A DNA stretch of 59,983 nt from Candidatus Calditenuaceae archaeon (GTDB lineage Archaea; Thermoproteota; Nitrososphaeria_A; Caldarchaeales; Calditenuaceae): positions 1-59,983 of the forward strand of contig JANXEU010000015.1 in the NCBI GenBank assembly GCA_025058055.1. Reading direction: 5' to 3'. The translations under genes and the position numbers were made by a program. This document shows, in pieces, positions 7,571-15,466 of the stretch. The number at the start of each line of letters is the position of its first letter. Within the stretch, counting starts at the first letter, position 1. A model generated the notes under the pieces. It was given only the letters and a program-made list of their open reading frames with translations, was not told the origin of the DNA and ran no database searches.

Positions 7571-8002
7571 TATCTCCTCGGTCTTTTGCCGACCGTACTC
7601 GGTGAGCCTGTAGCTCTTCGGCCCCTCGCCGGACTCGACAGAGGCCACCATTCCCTTCAGCTCCTCGTAGAGCTTCTTGTCGAGCCACTCCTTCGTCACC
7701 TCCTTTCCCAGCTCCTTGCTCCTCTGGTTGATCCTCTCCTTCGACATCTGGCCCTCGTGGTACAGGAGGACAAGAACGACGTCCCTGTAGCTCAGCTTCG
7801 GTAACTTCTCGACAAGCTCCCTCGGCATCGCCTGCTGTCTCGCAAGTGCAGTCGCGATCGGTTGCGCCTTCGAGAGTTCCTCGAGGACCTTCCTCACGGC
7901 GTTGAGGACCTCACTGACATCGTATCCCTTCACCCTGAGCCTGACCTCCGGTGAGACCGTGACCTCGATCTCCAGCTCGACATCCCTCCCCATCCGGTGC
8001 AC
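7544..8002 (-). CDS. hypothetical protein with a C-terminal winged-helix (PadR-like) domain
   Basis: The C-terminal half LSYRDVVLVLLYHEGQMSKERINQRSKELG...GPKSYRLTEYGRQK fits a wHTH pattern. TATA-like GGATTTAAAGG at about 8031-8041 upstream. The 3' ends overlap 7139..7570 by 27 nt. Confidence 0.5.
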   Translation of the reverse strand: MHRMGRDVELEIEVTVSPEVRLRVKGYDVSEVLNAVRKVLEELSKAQPIATALARQQAMPRELVEKLPKLSYRDVVLVLLYHEGQMSKERINQRSKELGKEVTKEWLDKKLYEELKGMVASVESGEGPKSYRLTEYGRQKTEEILRTFGIAK

Positions 8003-8201
8003 CCTTTGAGTCGCGCCCCCGATTCCGGTCGGTGGATTTAAAGGTGGGTTCCACGGTCACCCGAAAGTGGTCTTCCTCAGCAGGACCTCCGCAACGCGTT
8101 GACCTTGAGATCCGGGCAGTCTCTGCGGGTCAGGGCGTTCGTCCGGCGAAGGCCCTCTGCGTCAAGCCTTTTTACCTCAGTAGTGACGCTCTGGGTCGGG
8201 A

Positions 8202-8834
8202 GTGACGCAGGAGCTGAAGAGGGAGCTGCTGAGGCTGCTGAAGGAGGACGAGGAGTTCAGGTACGCGGTGGCCGGGCTCTTGGGGCTCGAGGAGATACTG
8301 AGGAGGCTCGACAGACACGAGGAGGAGCTGGTGAAGCTCAGGGAGGACATGAACAGAGGTTTTGCAAGATACGACTCCGAGCTTACTAAGCTCAGGGAGG
8401 ACATGAACAGAGGGTTCACCGCTGTGGAGAAGCAGATCTCCGCACTCGGCGCCAGATGGGGGATAATGGCCGAGTCCGCGTTCAGGGCGGGGCTGAAGGA
8501 GATCGTCGAGAGGTACTTCGGAGGGAAGGTGACGAAGTGGGGCCTCTTCGACAGGGAGGGCTCCGTCTACGGGAGTCCTGCGGTGGTCGAGGCAGACGTG
8601 CTGGTGAGGGACAGGGAGCACCTGCTCGTCGAGGTTAAGTCCAGCGTCAGCAGGGGGGACGTGATCGAGCTGAAGAGGATCGCGGAGCTATACGAGAGGG
8701 AGACCGGCGTGAGGCCGAAGCTGGTGATAGTCTCGCCCTTCGTCGACGAGAAGGCCATGGAGCTCGCGCGTCACTTCGGGATCGAGGTCTATTCGGTCTC
8801 TGAAGTCCTCGGCCGCGGAAGTCACGCGGCCTGA
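8202..8834 (+). CDS. DUF3782-like coiled-coil N-terminus fused to a PD-(D/E)XK nuclease-fold domain
   Basis: The N-terminus EEFRYAVAGLLGLEEILRRLDRHEEELVKLREDMNRGF is a pattern I recall from DUF3782-type archaeal proteins. The C-terminus EADVLVRDREHLLVEVKSS has the D...E-x-K restriction-endonuclease-like motif. Confidence 0.6.
   Translation: MTQELKRELLRLLKEDEEFRYAVAGLLGLEEILRRLDRHEEELVKLREDMNRGFARYDSELTKLREDMNRGFTAVEKQISALGARWGIMAESAFRAGLKEIVERYFGGKVTKWGLFDREGSVYGSPAVVEADVLVRDREHLLVEVKSSVSRGDVIELKRIAELYERETGVRPKLVIVSPFVDEKAMELARHFGIEVYSVSEVLGRGSHAA
8334..8413 (+). repeat. in-frame tandem duplication (54-nt period) inside the CDS
   Basis: An identical 26-mer AAGCTCAGGGAGGACATGAACAGAGG lies at 8334-8359 and 8388-8413. 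It encodes KLREDMNRGF twice. Confidence 0.9.
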
Positions 8835-8930
8835 GGGCACTGGCGGTTCCGCGCGAGACCGTCCTCCGTTGAGTTCGAAAACGTCGGCTCGAGGGACCGT
8901 TAAATTGAGGGCCGAGCCCGCTCACCCGGG

Positions 8931-10310
8931 ATGGTGAAGCTCTCGGAGGAGCCCAGCTGGCTGAGGGAGCTGAGGGCGCGGGGCGAGGAGACCTACAGGA
9001 GCCTCCCGGAGGAGACGAGCCAGCTCTACGTTAAGCACCACGTCCCCTTCTCGCAGGAGATCGCCTCAGCCGAGTGGATCAAGGAGCCGTCGGGGAGGGC
9101 GGTCGTGCCGGAGAGGTTCAGGGCCCTCGAGGAGTCGGAGGAGGTCGTCGCGCTCCACGTCGACGCGACGCCGGTCCTCGTTAAGGTTCCGGAGTCATAT
9201 GTGAGGCTCGGGGTGGTCGCGCTCCCGCTCTGGGAAGCCCTCACCCGCTCCGAGGAGGAGGTCCGGAAGTGGCTTCTAGAGGGCCCCACGAGGCCGGAGG
9301 AGTCGAGCCTTATCGGGTACGCGCTCTCGACGCTCAACTCGGGGGTCTTCGTTAAGGTGCCCTCAGGGATCGAGGACGAGGTCAGGGTCAGGTCCATATG
9401 GGCCACCGAGGCCGAGAGTCAGCTCACGTCCGCGTTCACGCTGGTCGTCGCGGGCGACGGTTCGGGGGTCAGCGTCACCGAGGAGTACCACGCGATTGAC
9501 GGAGGGGCGAACCTCACCTCGAACATCGTCCACGTGATAGCCGGGAACGGGTCGAAGGTCAGGTACGCGGTCCTCGACAGCTCCTCCGACAGATCTGTCC
9601 GCATGAGCTTCAACAAGGTCGTCCTCGGGAGGGAGGCGAACAGCAAGTGGGTCGGCGCGCTGCTGGGCGGCAGGGCCCTCAAGTACAGGATCGACAACAT
9701 ATTGGCGGGGCAGGGCTCGAGGGCTGACGCGCTCAAAGTGGTCCTCGCCGGCGGGAACCAGAAGTTCGACGTCACGCTCAACCTCAGGCACGAGGGCCCC
9801 GACACGACGGGAAGGGTCAACGCGAAAGGAATAGGTGCCGAAAGATCGAGGGTGCTCTTCAAGGGGATCATCAGGATAGAGAGGCCCGCGAAGAACTCCG
9901 GTGCATATCTGGCTGAGCACGCGATGCTGCTGAGTCCCGACTCGAGGGCCGATGCGATACCGGGTCTGGAGATCGAGACGGACAACGTCAAGGCGACGCA
10001 TTCTGCAAGCGTCGCGCAGATCGATCCAGAGCAGCTCTTCTACCTCATGAGCAGAGGCCTCACGAAGGATGAGGCTGTAAAGGCGATAGCACTCGGTTTC
10101 TTCGAACCTGTCATACAGGAGATCGATGTCGCAGAGGTCCGATGGGGGATGAGGTACCTGCTGGAGAGGAAGTGGCACGGTCCGGAGGCAGAGGAGCTCG
10201 ATCCGATCAAGATCATTGAGTCGTACATCGAGCCCGAAACAGTGGGGAGGAGCCCTGAGGACATATTCGGCACCCACTACAAAGCGTTCTACTACAAACG
10301 AACCCGGTAG
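8931..10310 (+). CDS. SufB/SufD-family Fe-S cluster assembly protein
   Basis: The C-terminal beta-helix region ...GRVNAKGIGAERSRVLFKGIIRIERPAKNSGAYLAEHAMLLSPDSRADAIPGLEIETDNVKATHSASVAQIDPEQLFYLMSRGL... is the SufBD signature. TATA GTTAAATT at 8899-8906 lies about 28 nt before the ATG. Confidence 0.8.
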   Translation: MVKLSEEPSWLRELRARGEETYRSLPEETSQLYVKHHVPFSQEIASAEWIKEPSGRAVVPERFRALEESEEVVALHVDATPVLVKVPESYVRLGVVALPLWEALTRSEEEVRKWLLEGPTRPEESSLIGYALSTLNSGVFVKVPSGIEDEVRVRSIWATEAESQLTSAFTLVVAGDGSGVSVTEEYHAIDGGANLTSNIVHVIAGNGSKVRYAVLDSSSDRSVRMSFNKVVLGREANSKWVGALLGGRALKYRIDNILAGQGSRADALKVVLAGGNQKFDVTLNLRHEGPDTTGRVNAKGIGAERSRVLFKGIIRIERPAKNSGAYLAEHAMLLSPDSRADAIPGLEIETDNVKATHSASVAQIDPEQLFYLMSRGLTKDEAVKAIALGFFEPVIQEIDVAEVRWGMRYLLERKWHGPEAEELDPIKIIESYIEPETVGRSPEDIFGTHYKAFYYKRTR

Positions 10311-10328
10311 AAGAGCGGAGCCTCAGTG

Positions 10329-11729
10329 CTAATGAACGAGCTTGCCGTTGTACGCTAAGACGCACCTCTGCTTCATCAGTTCCCTCAGCACGACCGTAGC
10401 GAACGATCCTCTTGGAAGTGACATTCTCGTCTCGATCGTGGACTCGTCGAGCGCCTTAATCGTCAGCTCCCTCGGTATCAGTTTGATCGGCCTGTAACCG
10501 CCCATCGTACCTGCCTCGGGCATCAACTCCGGACGGAAGGTCGTCTGTCTCATCCCGTCCTCCTCTAAGACCGAGGCCATCGACCTGCCGCGCTCGTTCC
10601 TCGGAAATTTGACTCGGCTGCCGGGGTGAGGCATGACGATCGCCAGCGAACCTTCCCGAACCCTGCGCGCGGCCTCGTTGACGTTCCACACTGTTACCTC
10701 GTGGACGCTGCTCTCAGGGTTGCCGAACCTGTCGAGCCTCACCACTAGGTCTCCAATCATAACGTCGTCGAGAGAGTACCCGTCTCGAAGGGTAAGGGAG
10801 AGGGCCCTGTTGAAAACGTACGAGGTGTACGCCTCCACTAGGAACCTCCTGATCCTCAGCGGCAAGCTCCTAAAGGCCCCGACGTAATCGCCGGGATTTG
10901 AGGCGAGGTGTTTTGCGAGAGCTCTCTCATAGACCAGAGACTTAGAGAGATTCGCTGCTGCCCAGCTCCATGAGCCCGACTCGAGAAACGTCCTCCTCAC
11001 CTCCCTGTAAACCTCAGGCTCGTAGCGCGTCCAATATCCCACGAAGATCTTCGCAGCATCTTCTAGATTCTCTTTCAAAATATAATATCCGACGAGGTGG
11101 GTGACGGGCCGCATCACGCCGAACCTTTGATGACCGTAATAGTTCGGAACACCGTATTCGACGAGCTGATACCTGAGGTCCTCAAGATTGGCTGCTGTCC
11201 TAGTCTCCCTGATTACGATCCTGAACCTGTTGAAGAGGAGGCACTTCGACCCGATGCCGTACGCCTCACCGACGACCTTCGCAGCAGCGTTGTGGAGCAG
11301 GATTTCATCGTAGAGATGGTCGAGGACCTTCGAGGCCGGCACGGCGAGGAACTGCCACGACACGGCCCTTCTGTCCTTGAGTCCGTACGTCTTCACGGAC
11401 CTCAGCCTCACTTCGAGCACGGACTTCAAATCCATCGCGACCCTCATCGTCTCCCTGTCCCTCTTCCTGATCACCAGAAGCGCAAGCCTCTGTGGAGGAA
11501 GCTTGATGGTCGGCCCTGCTTCGAACAGTTCCCTCGCGTCCAGCCCTCCCTCTAGGACCTCCCAGACTTCGAAGTCCTCAGGGACCAGCTTGATGACCCC
11601 TCCTATGCCTTGCGACTTAGTTGAATACGCTCCCATTCCAACGAAGTCCTCGTAGTTGTCACAGGTCACCTCGCCTCGATCTAACAATCCGAGAAGGGAA
11701 CTTCTATCGCGACTATTCAACCCACTCAC
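10329..11729 (-). CDS. truD: tRNA pseudouridine synthase TruD/Pus7 family
   Basis: GIGGVIKLVPEDFEVWEV near the N-terminus and the PNYYGHQRFG motif. Confidence 0.8.
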   Translation of the reverse strand: MSGLNSRDRSSLLGLLDRGEVTCDNYEDFVGMGAYSTKSQGIGGVIKLVPEDFEVWEVLEGGLDARELFEAGPTIKLPPQRLALLVIRKRDRETMRVAMDLKSVLEVRLRSVKTYGLKDRRAVSWQFLAVPASKVLDHLYDEILLHNAAAKVVGEAYGIGSKCLLFNRFRIVIRETRTAANLEDLRYQLVEYGVPNYYGHQRFGVMRPVTHLVGYYILKENLEDAAKIFVGYWTRYEPEVYREVRRTFLESGSWSWAAANLSKSLVYERALAKHLASNPGDYVGAFRSLPLRIRRFLVEAYTSYVFNRALSLTLRDGYSLDDVMIGDLVVRLDRFGNPESSVHEVTVWNVNEAARRVREGSLAIVMPHPGSRVKFPRNERGRSMASVLEEDGMRQTTFRPELMPEAGTMGGYRPIKLIPRELTIKALDESTIETRMSLPRGSFATVVLRELMKQRCVLAYNGKLVH

Positions 11730-11843
11730 CTTTTCTACTTCGTAACCTCGACTCAGTCGGGTCGAACTCTCGGGGGACAGCCCAGACGCGTTCGGTGTGA
11801 TGCGTCTAGCGCTTTCCCGGATTTGTGATGTGCATATTAGTAT

Positions 11844-13283
11844 ATGCAGCGCTATAAGGGAAATTTTTTTAATGATTACGTCAATTACTATAGCGTGACA
11901 GGAGAGGAAAGTTCTAGTAAGAACAAGAGAAGTAACAAGGTAAACAGGAGAGAGTTCTTAGGCATCTCAACAGGCATGGCGGTCGGTGGTGTGGTCGCTG
12001 CGGGAGTTGTGGGGGGCATCGCCGGATATCTGGCTGGACAGGCCGCCGCACCACCGGCAGCTGCAGTCACGGTGACCCGCACGGCTGAGAGGACCGTCAC
12101 GATTCCTAGGGCGCCAGAGGTCAAAGTGGGCTACATCTACGTAGGTCCGGTCGGAGACTACGGGTGGACATACGCACACGATCAGGGCAAGAAGTGGGCC
12201 GATGCGAGGCTCCCGGGAGCGAAGTCCGCGTACATAGAGAGCGTGCCAGACCCTCAAGCTGCCAGCGCGATGGAGACACTCATCACCAAAGAGGACGCAA
12301 AACTCATCTTCACGACCAGCTTTGGTTACATGGACCCCACCGCGGAGATGGCAGCGAAGTACCCCGATAGGTACTTCGTCCACATCTCCGGTTACAGGAG
12401 CGGAGCTGCCGGCAACGCGCCTAGGAACATGAGTTCAGCGTTCGCTGAGTTCTACCAGCTCTACTACCTGAACGGCTTGGCTGCGGGTGCGGTGACGAGG
12501 ACCGGTGTCGTGGGCTACGTCGCTGCTCACCCTATCCCAGAGGTAGTGAGGCACATCAACGCCTTCGTGCTGGGAGCCAACTACGCCTACAAGCAGCGGA
12601 CAGGCAGGAACATCAAGGCGTTCGTGGTGTGGCTGTTCAGCTGGTTCGACCCTGCCAAGGCGAGGACCGCTTCGATCTCGCTTATCGAGGAGAAGAACGC
12701 GGACGTGTTGGCCTTTACGGAAGACACGCCGGCCACGCTGCAGGTAGCCGAGGAGTACACGACCCAGAGGGGGAGGAGGGTCTGGAGCTTCAGCCATTAC
12801 AGCGACATGAGACAGTATGGACCCAACTCCCACCTGACCGGCCAGATAGTTAACTGGGGACCGATATACCTTGAGTTCTACAGGATGGTTGCCACCAACA
12901 CCTGGGAGTCGGTCGACATCTGGACTAGGATCGGCGACTACATGCCTTGGAGGTGGAGGCTCCCTGATGAGAAGAGCACCGCCGGCAAAGCAGAGGGTAC
13001 CGTTTACCTCGCCCCGCTGAACCCCGCGATACCCGCCGAGTGGCAGAAAGAGATCAGGCTGAGGTATGAGCAGATGAAGGAGATGATCTTCGAGCCCTTC
13101 TCGCCGGAGGGTAACCTCGGACAACCCATTAGGGACCAAACCGGCGAGGTTATGATCAGCGACAGGGACTACGTTGTTAGCAAGAGGACAGGTGAGAGAA
13201 GGTCAGGTAGCCGAGTCGACCGCGACGCCCTTTGGGAAATGGATTGGTTCGTGGAGTACATCGAGAGTGAGCTGCCCCGCTGA
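11844..13283 (+). CDS. BMP-family (PnrA-like) ABC transporter substrate-binding protein with a Tat-like signal
   Basis: NRREFLGISTGMAVGG (twin-arginine-like), then VGYIYVGPVGDYGWTYAHDQG, typical of BMP/nucleoside-binding lipoprotein family members. The start may be GTG 11895, downstream of the A/T-rich box at about 11862-11875. Confidence 0.75.
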   Translation: MQRYKGNFFNDYVNYYSVTGEESSSKNKRSNKVNRREFLGISTGMAVGGVVAAGVVGGIAGYLAGQAAAPPAAAVTVTRTAERTVTIPRAPEVKVGYIYVGPVGDYGWTYAHDQGKKWADARLPGAKSAYIESVPDPQAASAMETLITKEDAKLIFTTSFGYMDPTAEMAAKYPDRYFVHISGYRSGAAGNAPRNMSSAFAEFYQLYYLNGLAAGAVTRTGVVGYVAAHPIPEVVRHINAFVLGANYAYKQRTGRNIKAFVVWLFSWFDPAKARTASISLIEEKNADVLAFTEDTPATLQVAEEYTTQRGRRVWSFSHYSDMRQYGPNSHLTGQIVNWGPIYLEFYRMVATNTWESVDIWTRIGDYMPWRWRLPDEKSTAGKAEGTVYLAPLNPAIPAEWQKEIRLRYEQMKEMIFEPFSPEGNLGQPIRDQTGEVMISDRDYVVSKRTGERRSGSRVDRDALWEMDWFVEYIESELPR

Positions 13284-13296
13284 ACTTCATTATTCC

Positions 13297-13302
13297 TTTT
13301 TT
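13297..13302 (+). terminator. oligo-T terminator candidate
   Basis: T6 run 14 nt after the stop at 13283, in an AT-rich convergent gap. Confidence 0.35.
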
Positions 13303-13312
13303 ATTATTTCTC

Positions 13313-14293
13313 TCATTCTCTAGAATATGGTTTCCCTAATGCTTCAGGGACCCCTATTCTTTTTCTAACGCTCTCAATTGAGAGGAGCGAGAGTGTCACG
13401 ATCGCGACTATATATGGCAGCATCAAGACGAATTGAGGGGTCTGAGCACCGACGCCGAAGAGCTGAAGACGGTACTGGATGACCTCCACGCCACCGAACA
13501 GCAGCGATCCCAGTATGGCCCTTAATGGGTTCCAAGAAGCAAGAATCACTAGGGAGAGCGCGATAAAGCCCCTTCCGTTGGTCATCATCTCCAACCAGAA
13601 CGGCTGATAACCGATGAACAGATATGCGCCCGCAAGCCCTCCGAACAGTCCAGATACCACGCAGGTGAGGTACCTTAGCCTGAAGACGTTCACTCCGAGA
13701 GCGTCTGCCATAGACGGGTTCTCGCCGACGGACCGCACCGACAGCCCGAAGGACGTCCTGAAGAGGACGAACCACATCACGAAGGCCAGGACCAGCGCTA
13801 AGTAGACCAGAATGTTATGGGAGAAGAAGGCTCTGCCTACCAGCGGTAGCTCCGAGAGACCAGGTATCGTGATCGCACCGAGAGGAGGTGCCCTCTGCAA
13901 CATAGCCACCTCCTGAGGTATGCCAGGGTTCAGGGCCCTCATCACGTGCTCCCTAGTCGACGGATGGCCCATGAGCCCGCTGACGCCGTAACCCATGATC
14001 GTCATCGCGAGCCCCACGACGATCTGGTTGAGCTTCATGGTGACCGTGAGGAGAGCCAGAAGTAGCCCCATTCCGCATCCGAAGGTCGCTGCGGCGAGAA
14101 CGGCGTATCCGTGGCCCAAGGCGTTCGTGAAGACGAACGACGTCACCGCGCCTATGATCATGATGCCCTCGAGGCCGAGGTTGAGGACGCCGCTCCTCTC
14201 CGCGTAGATCTCTCCTAGGGAAGCTAGAAGGTAAAGGACGCCGACCTGTACCGTGAGCGCTAGGAGGCCCTCCAGCCATCCGACGTCTATCAT
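13313..14293 (-). CDS. ABC transporter permease (BMP/nucleoside uptake type)
   Basis: Polytopic hydrophobic protein. LGEIYAERSGVLNLGLEGIM is typical of the branched-chain/BMP-type (BPD_transp_2) permease family. 4-nt overlap with the upstream permease gene. Confidence 0.8.
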   Translation of the reverse strand: MIDVGWLEGLLALTVQVGVLYLLASLGEIYAERSGVLNLGLEGIMIIGAVTSFVFTNALGHGYAVLAAATFGCGMGLLLALLTVTMKLNQIVVGLAMTIMGYGVSGLMGHPSTREHVMRALNPGIPQEVAMLQRAPPLGAITIPGLSELPLVGRAFFSHNILVYLALVLAFVMWFVLFRTSFGLSVRSVGENPSMADALGVNVFRLRYLTCVVSGLFGGLAGAYLFIGYQPFWLEMMTNGRGFIALSLVILASWNPLRAILGSLLFGGVEVIQYRLQLFGVGAQTPQFVLMLPYIVAIVTLSLLSIESVRKRIGVPEALGKPYSRE

Positions 14294-15420
14294 CCGATCA
14301 CCACCCTGTACCTCTTCACGAACTCGCCGACCACTATCATGATCAGTATTGTTGACTGGAAGAGCTGGACGGCCGCAAACGGCAGGTTCAGGGTCGACTG
14401 GAGGACGTCACCGCCGACTATCAGGCCTCCCATGAAGACCGCCGCAGGCACCGCTAGAACCGGGTGGAGCCCTGCGAGGAATGAGATGACGATCGCCGTG
14501 TATCCGTATCCCGGAGATATTCTGGGTCTGAGCCTCCCGACGATGCCCGTCAGCAGGAAGAACCCCGCGAGACCAGCAAGCCCGCCCGTGATCATCGAGA
14601 GTATCAGGTGTGTCCTGACCATCCTCACTCCCGCGATGCCCGCGATCTGAGGGTTGTCGCCGATGAGCTTCAGGTCTAGTCCGACTGTTGTTCTGGTCAT
14701 CAGGAAGTAGGCCAGCAGCGCCACAGCTCCCAGCAGTGCTAGGCCCTCCCACGCAGCGTCACCGAGGATCCCTCCGAACTTGGCCTCAGCTGGGAAAGGG
14801 ACGGTCAGCGGGAACCCGAAGCCCCTCGGGTCCCTCCAAGGGCCATAGACCAGATAGTCGACGAATAGTATCGCTATGAAGTTCATCATTAGGGTGGTGA
14901 GGACCTCGTTGACCCCGAGCTTCGCCTTCAGGAGGCCCGCGAGGCTGCAGTAGAGCCCACCCGCGACGAACGCCGCCATGGCCATCACCGGGAGGAGCGC
15001 CCATCCCGGAATAAGGCCGTAGTAGACGTGGAGCAGGACGACGCCCGTCGACGCGAACATCCCCATGTACATCTGACCCTCGGCGCCTATGTTCCAGAAG
15101 CCAGCCCTGAAGGCGATCGAGAGCCCCACCGCGGCCAGCCCTATTGGGATTCCTCTTAGAACCACTGCGACCAGGAGCTGCGGAGAAGTGTAGACCGAGG
15201 CGACCTGAGATATAGCCGCTACAGCGTCCACCCCCATCACCTGCAGTATCGAGCCCGAGATCACAAACGATAACGAGAGGAAGAGGACAGTCACAGCGGC
15301 CGACACATGGGGAGGTACCTCCAACCTCCTCTCGATCCTCAGGGCAGGGAACCTGAAGGTCACAAAAGATATGTGTCTCGGCCAGTAATTAACGTGCAAA
15401 GCGCCCTTTTCGAGTCTCAT
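14290..15420 (-). CDS. ABC transporter permease (BMP/nucleoside uptake type)
   Basis: Polytopic, with a GFWNIGAEGQMYMG motif. The track ORF starts at 15468; ATG 15420 or TTG 15399 are more plausible because 15468 overlaps the reverse gyrase start region. Confidence 0.75.
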   Translation of the reverse strand: MRLEKGALHVNYWPRHISFVTFRFPALRIERRLEVPPHVSAAVTVLFLSLSFVISGSILQVMGVDAVAAISQVASVYTSPQLLVAVVLRGIPIGLAAVGLSIAFRAGFWNIGAEGQMYMGMFASTGVVLLHVYYGLIPGWALLPVMAMAAFVAGGLYCSLAGLLKAKLGVNEVLTTLMMNFIAILFVDYLVYGPWRDPRGFGFPLTVPFPAEAKFGGILGDAAWEGLALLGAVALLAYFLMTRTTVGLDLKLIGDNPQIAGIAGVRMVRTHLILSMITGGLAGLAGFFLLTGIVGRLRPRISPGYGYTAIVISFLAGLHPVLAVPAAVFMGGLIVGGDVLQSTLNLPFAAVQLFQSTILIMIVVGEFVKRYRVVIG

Positions 15421-15466
15421 CGAGAGTCTTAAATGACGGGTCGATGAGTTGTCTCCGGCACTGCGC

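Noticed and set aside
9363-10277. 304-aa minus-strand ORF inside the SufBD gene
   Set aside because: Antisense to a CDS with strong family motifs, with a Arg/Pro/Asp-rich shadow composition. The same reasoning applies to 9419-9991.
11831-11848. Palindrome TGCATAT-TAGT-ATATGCA upstream of or overlapping the first ATG of the BMP-family gene, as an operator
   Set aside because: A single short AT-rich palindrome inside a TATA-rich divergent promoter region. It cannot be distinguished from chance or promoter sequence without comparative data.
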